From contig JAUCBJ010005661.1 in the NCBI GenBank assembly GCA_032718475.1, positions 1-33,788 of the forward strand: a stretch of 33,788 nt of DNA, written 5' to 3'. The stretch is from Nemertoderma westbladi (lineage: Eukaryota; Animalia; Xenacoelomorpha). Positions 32,101-33,788 of the stretch are shown in pieces. The position numbers and the translations under genes were made by a program. Under the pieces are notes generated by a model. That model was given only the letters and a program-made list of their open reading frames with translations, had not been told where the DNA came from and made no database searches. Positions within the stretch are counted from its first letter, which is position 1. Each line of letters starts with the position of its first letter.

Positions 32101-33510
32101 CTGTATTGTTTTACCTTTAAGTGTGGTTGTCTGTATTGTTTTACCTTTAAGTGTGGTTGTCTGTATTGTTTTACCTTTAAGTGTGGTTGTCTGTATTGTT
32201 TTACCTTTAAGTGTGGTTGTCTGTATTGTTTTACCTTTAAGTGTGGTTGTCTGTATTGTTTTACCTTTAAGTGTGGTTGTCTGTATTGTTTTACCTTTAA
32301 GTGTGGTTGTCTGTATTGTTTTACCTTTAAGTGTGGTTGTCTGTATTGTTTTACCTTTAAGTGTGGTTGTCTGTATTGTTTTACCTTTAAGTGTGGTTGT
32401 CTGTATTGTTTTACCTTTAAGTGTGGTTGTCTGTATTGTTTTACCTTTAAGTGTGGTTGTCTGTATTGTTTTACCTTTAAGTGTGGTTGTCTGTATTGTT
32501 TTACCTTTAAGTGTGGTTGTCTGTATTGTTTTACCTTTAAGTGTGGTTGTCTGTATTGTTTTACCTTTAAGTGTGGTTGTCTGTATTGTTTTACCTTTAA
32601 GTGTGGTTGTCTGTATTGTTTTACCTTTAAGTGTGGTTGTCTGTATTGTTTTACCTTTAAGTGTGGTTGTCTGTATTGTTTTACCTTTAAGTGTGGTTGT
32701 CTGTATTGTTTTACCTTTAAGTGTGGTTGTCTGTATTGTTTTACCTTTAAGTGTGGTTGTCTGTATTGTTTTACCTTTAAGTGTGGTTGTCTGTATTGTT
32801 TTACCTTTAAGTGTGGTTGTCTGTATTGTTTTACCTTTAAGTGTGGTTGTCTGTATTGTTTTACCTTTAAGTGTGGTTGTCTGTATTGTTTTACCTTTAA
32901 GTGTGGTTGTCTGTATTGTTTTACCTTTAAGTGTGGTTGTCTGTATTGTTTTACCTTTAAGTGTGGTTGTCTGTATTGTTTTACCTTTAAGTGTGGTTGT
33001 CTGTATTGTTTTACCTTTAAGTGTGGTTGTCTGTATTGTTTTACCTTTAAGTGTGGTTGTCTGTATTGTTTTACCTTTAAGTGTGGTTGTCTGTATTGTT
33101 TTACCTTTAAGTGTGGTTGTCTGTATTGTTTTACCTTTAAGTGTGGTTGTCTGTATTGTTTTACCTTTAAGTGTGGTTGTCTGTATTGTTTTACCTTTAA
33201 GTGTGGTTGTCTGTATTGTTTTACCTTTAAGTGTGGTTGTCTGTATTGTTTTACCTTTAAGTGTGGTTGTCTGTATTGTTTTACCTTTAAGTGTGGTTGT
33301 CTGTATTGTTTTACCTTTAAGTATGGTTGTCTGTATTGTTTTACCTTTAAGTGTGGTTGGTTTTACCTTTAAGTGTGGTTGTCTGTATTGTTTTACCTTT
33401 AAGTATGGTTGTCTGTATTGTTTTACCTTTAAGTGTGGTTGTCTGTATTGTTTTACCTTTAAGTGTGGTTGTCTGTATTGTTTTACCTTTAAGTGTGGTT
33501 GTCTGTCTGG
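11113..33510. repeat. ~22.4-kb satellite of a 30-bp unit (TAAGTGTGGTTGTCTGTATTGTTTTACCTT) with an interspersed 24-bp variant lacking ACCTTT; roughly 750-770 units
   Basis: The tandem periodicity is directly visible. The top strand is 23/30 G+T. Recurrent variants are AAC for AAG, GTATGG for GTGTGG, and the 24-bp unit. Copy number is estimated from length divided by period. Confidence 0.99.
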
Positions 33511-33529
33511 TTTAGTTGTGGTTGTCTGT

Positions 33530-33736
33530 CTGGTTTAGTTGTGGGTGGCTGATACTGGTTTAGTTGTGGGTGGCTGATACTGGTTTAGTTGTGGGTGGCT
33601 GATACTGGTTTAGTTGTGGGTGGCTGATACTGGTTTAGTTGTGGGTGGCTGATACTGGTTTAGTTGTGGGTGGCTGATACTGGTTTAGTTGTGGGTGGCT
33701 GATACTGGTTTAGTTGTGGGTGGCTGATACTGGTTT
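33530..33736. repeat. 25-bp minisatellite (GTGGGTGGCTGATACTGGTTTAGTT), ~8 copies, related to the main satellite
   Basis: Units start at 33541, 33566, 33591, 33616, 33641, 33666, 33691 and 33716 (last one partial). They are preceded by two 23-bp intermediates, GTGGTTGTCTGTCTGGTTTAGTT (33495-33540). Confidence 0.95.
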
Positions 33737-33788
33737 CTATTTCATGTTTAACTTGGATATTGTATTCGTTATTTTTGTCTTATTCTAA

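Noticed and set aside
11129-33538. Giant (VVVCIVLPLS)n ORFs, and unlisted open minus-strand frames (KGKTIQTTTL)n and (KVKQYRQPHL)n
   Set aside because: These follow automatically from a 30-bp unit with stops in only one frame per strand. They have non-ATG starts, the Val frame is interrupted by point stops, and there are no flanking domains.
11113-33736. Telomere interpretation of the G/T-rich array (resembles long yeast-type telomeric units)
   Set aside because: Non-repetitive sequence resumes at 33737, the unit lacks TTAGGG-like cores, and the gene content looks animal rather than yeast.

Overview
Eukaryotic, probably animal, AT-rich genomic window with three parts. (1) 1-6200 is a relic-rich upstream region. 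It holds a TA-flanked MITE with ~150-bp terminal inverted repeats (740-1132), an isolated histone H3 C-terminal coding fragment (1332-1460), two adjacent minisatellites (63-bp x7 and 46-bp x~5) and a decayed non-LTR retrotransposon RT region (~2940-4450). (2) 6210-10733 is an intact, intron-free coding sequence for ABCC10/MRP7 (1507 aa). (3) 11113-33510 is a ~22.4-kb G/T-skewed satellite of a 30-bp unit with a 24-bp variant. It starts ~380 bp after the ABCC10 stop, just past a candidate poly(A) signal. It contains kb-scale internal duplications traceable by variant units, and its right edge grades into related 23- and 25-bp repeats. The giant (KCGCLYCFTF)n and (VVVCIVLPLS)n ORFs are most likely by-products of the repeat, although the Cys frame is preserved end to end. 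I cannot support a confirmed new biological system from sequence alone. The best leads are the satellite's architecture, origin and possible coding or regulatory role.
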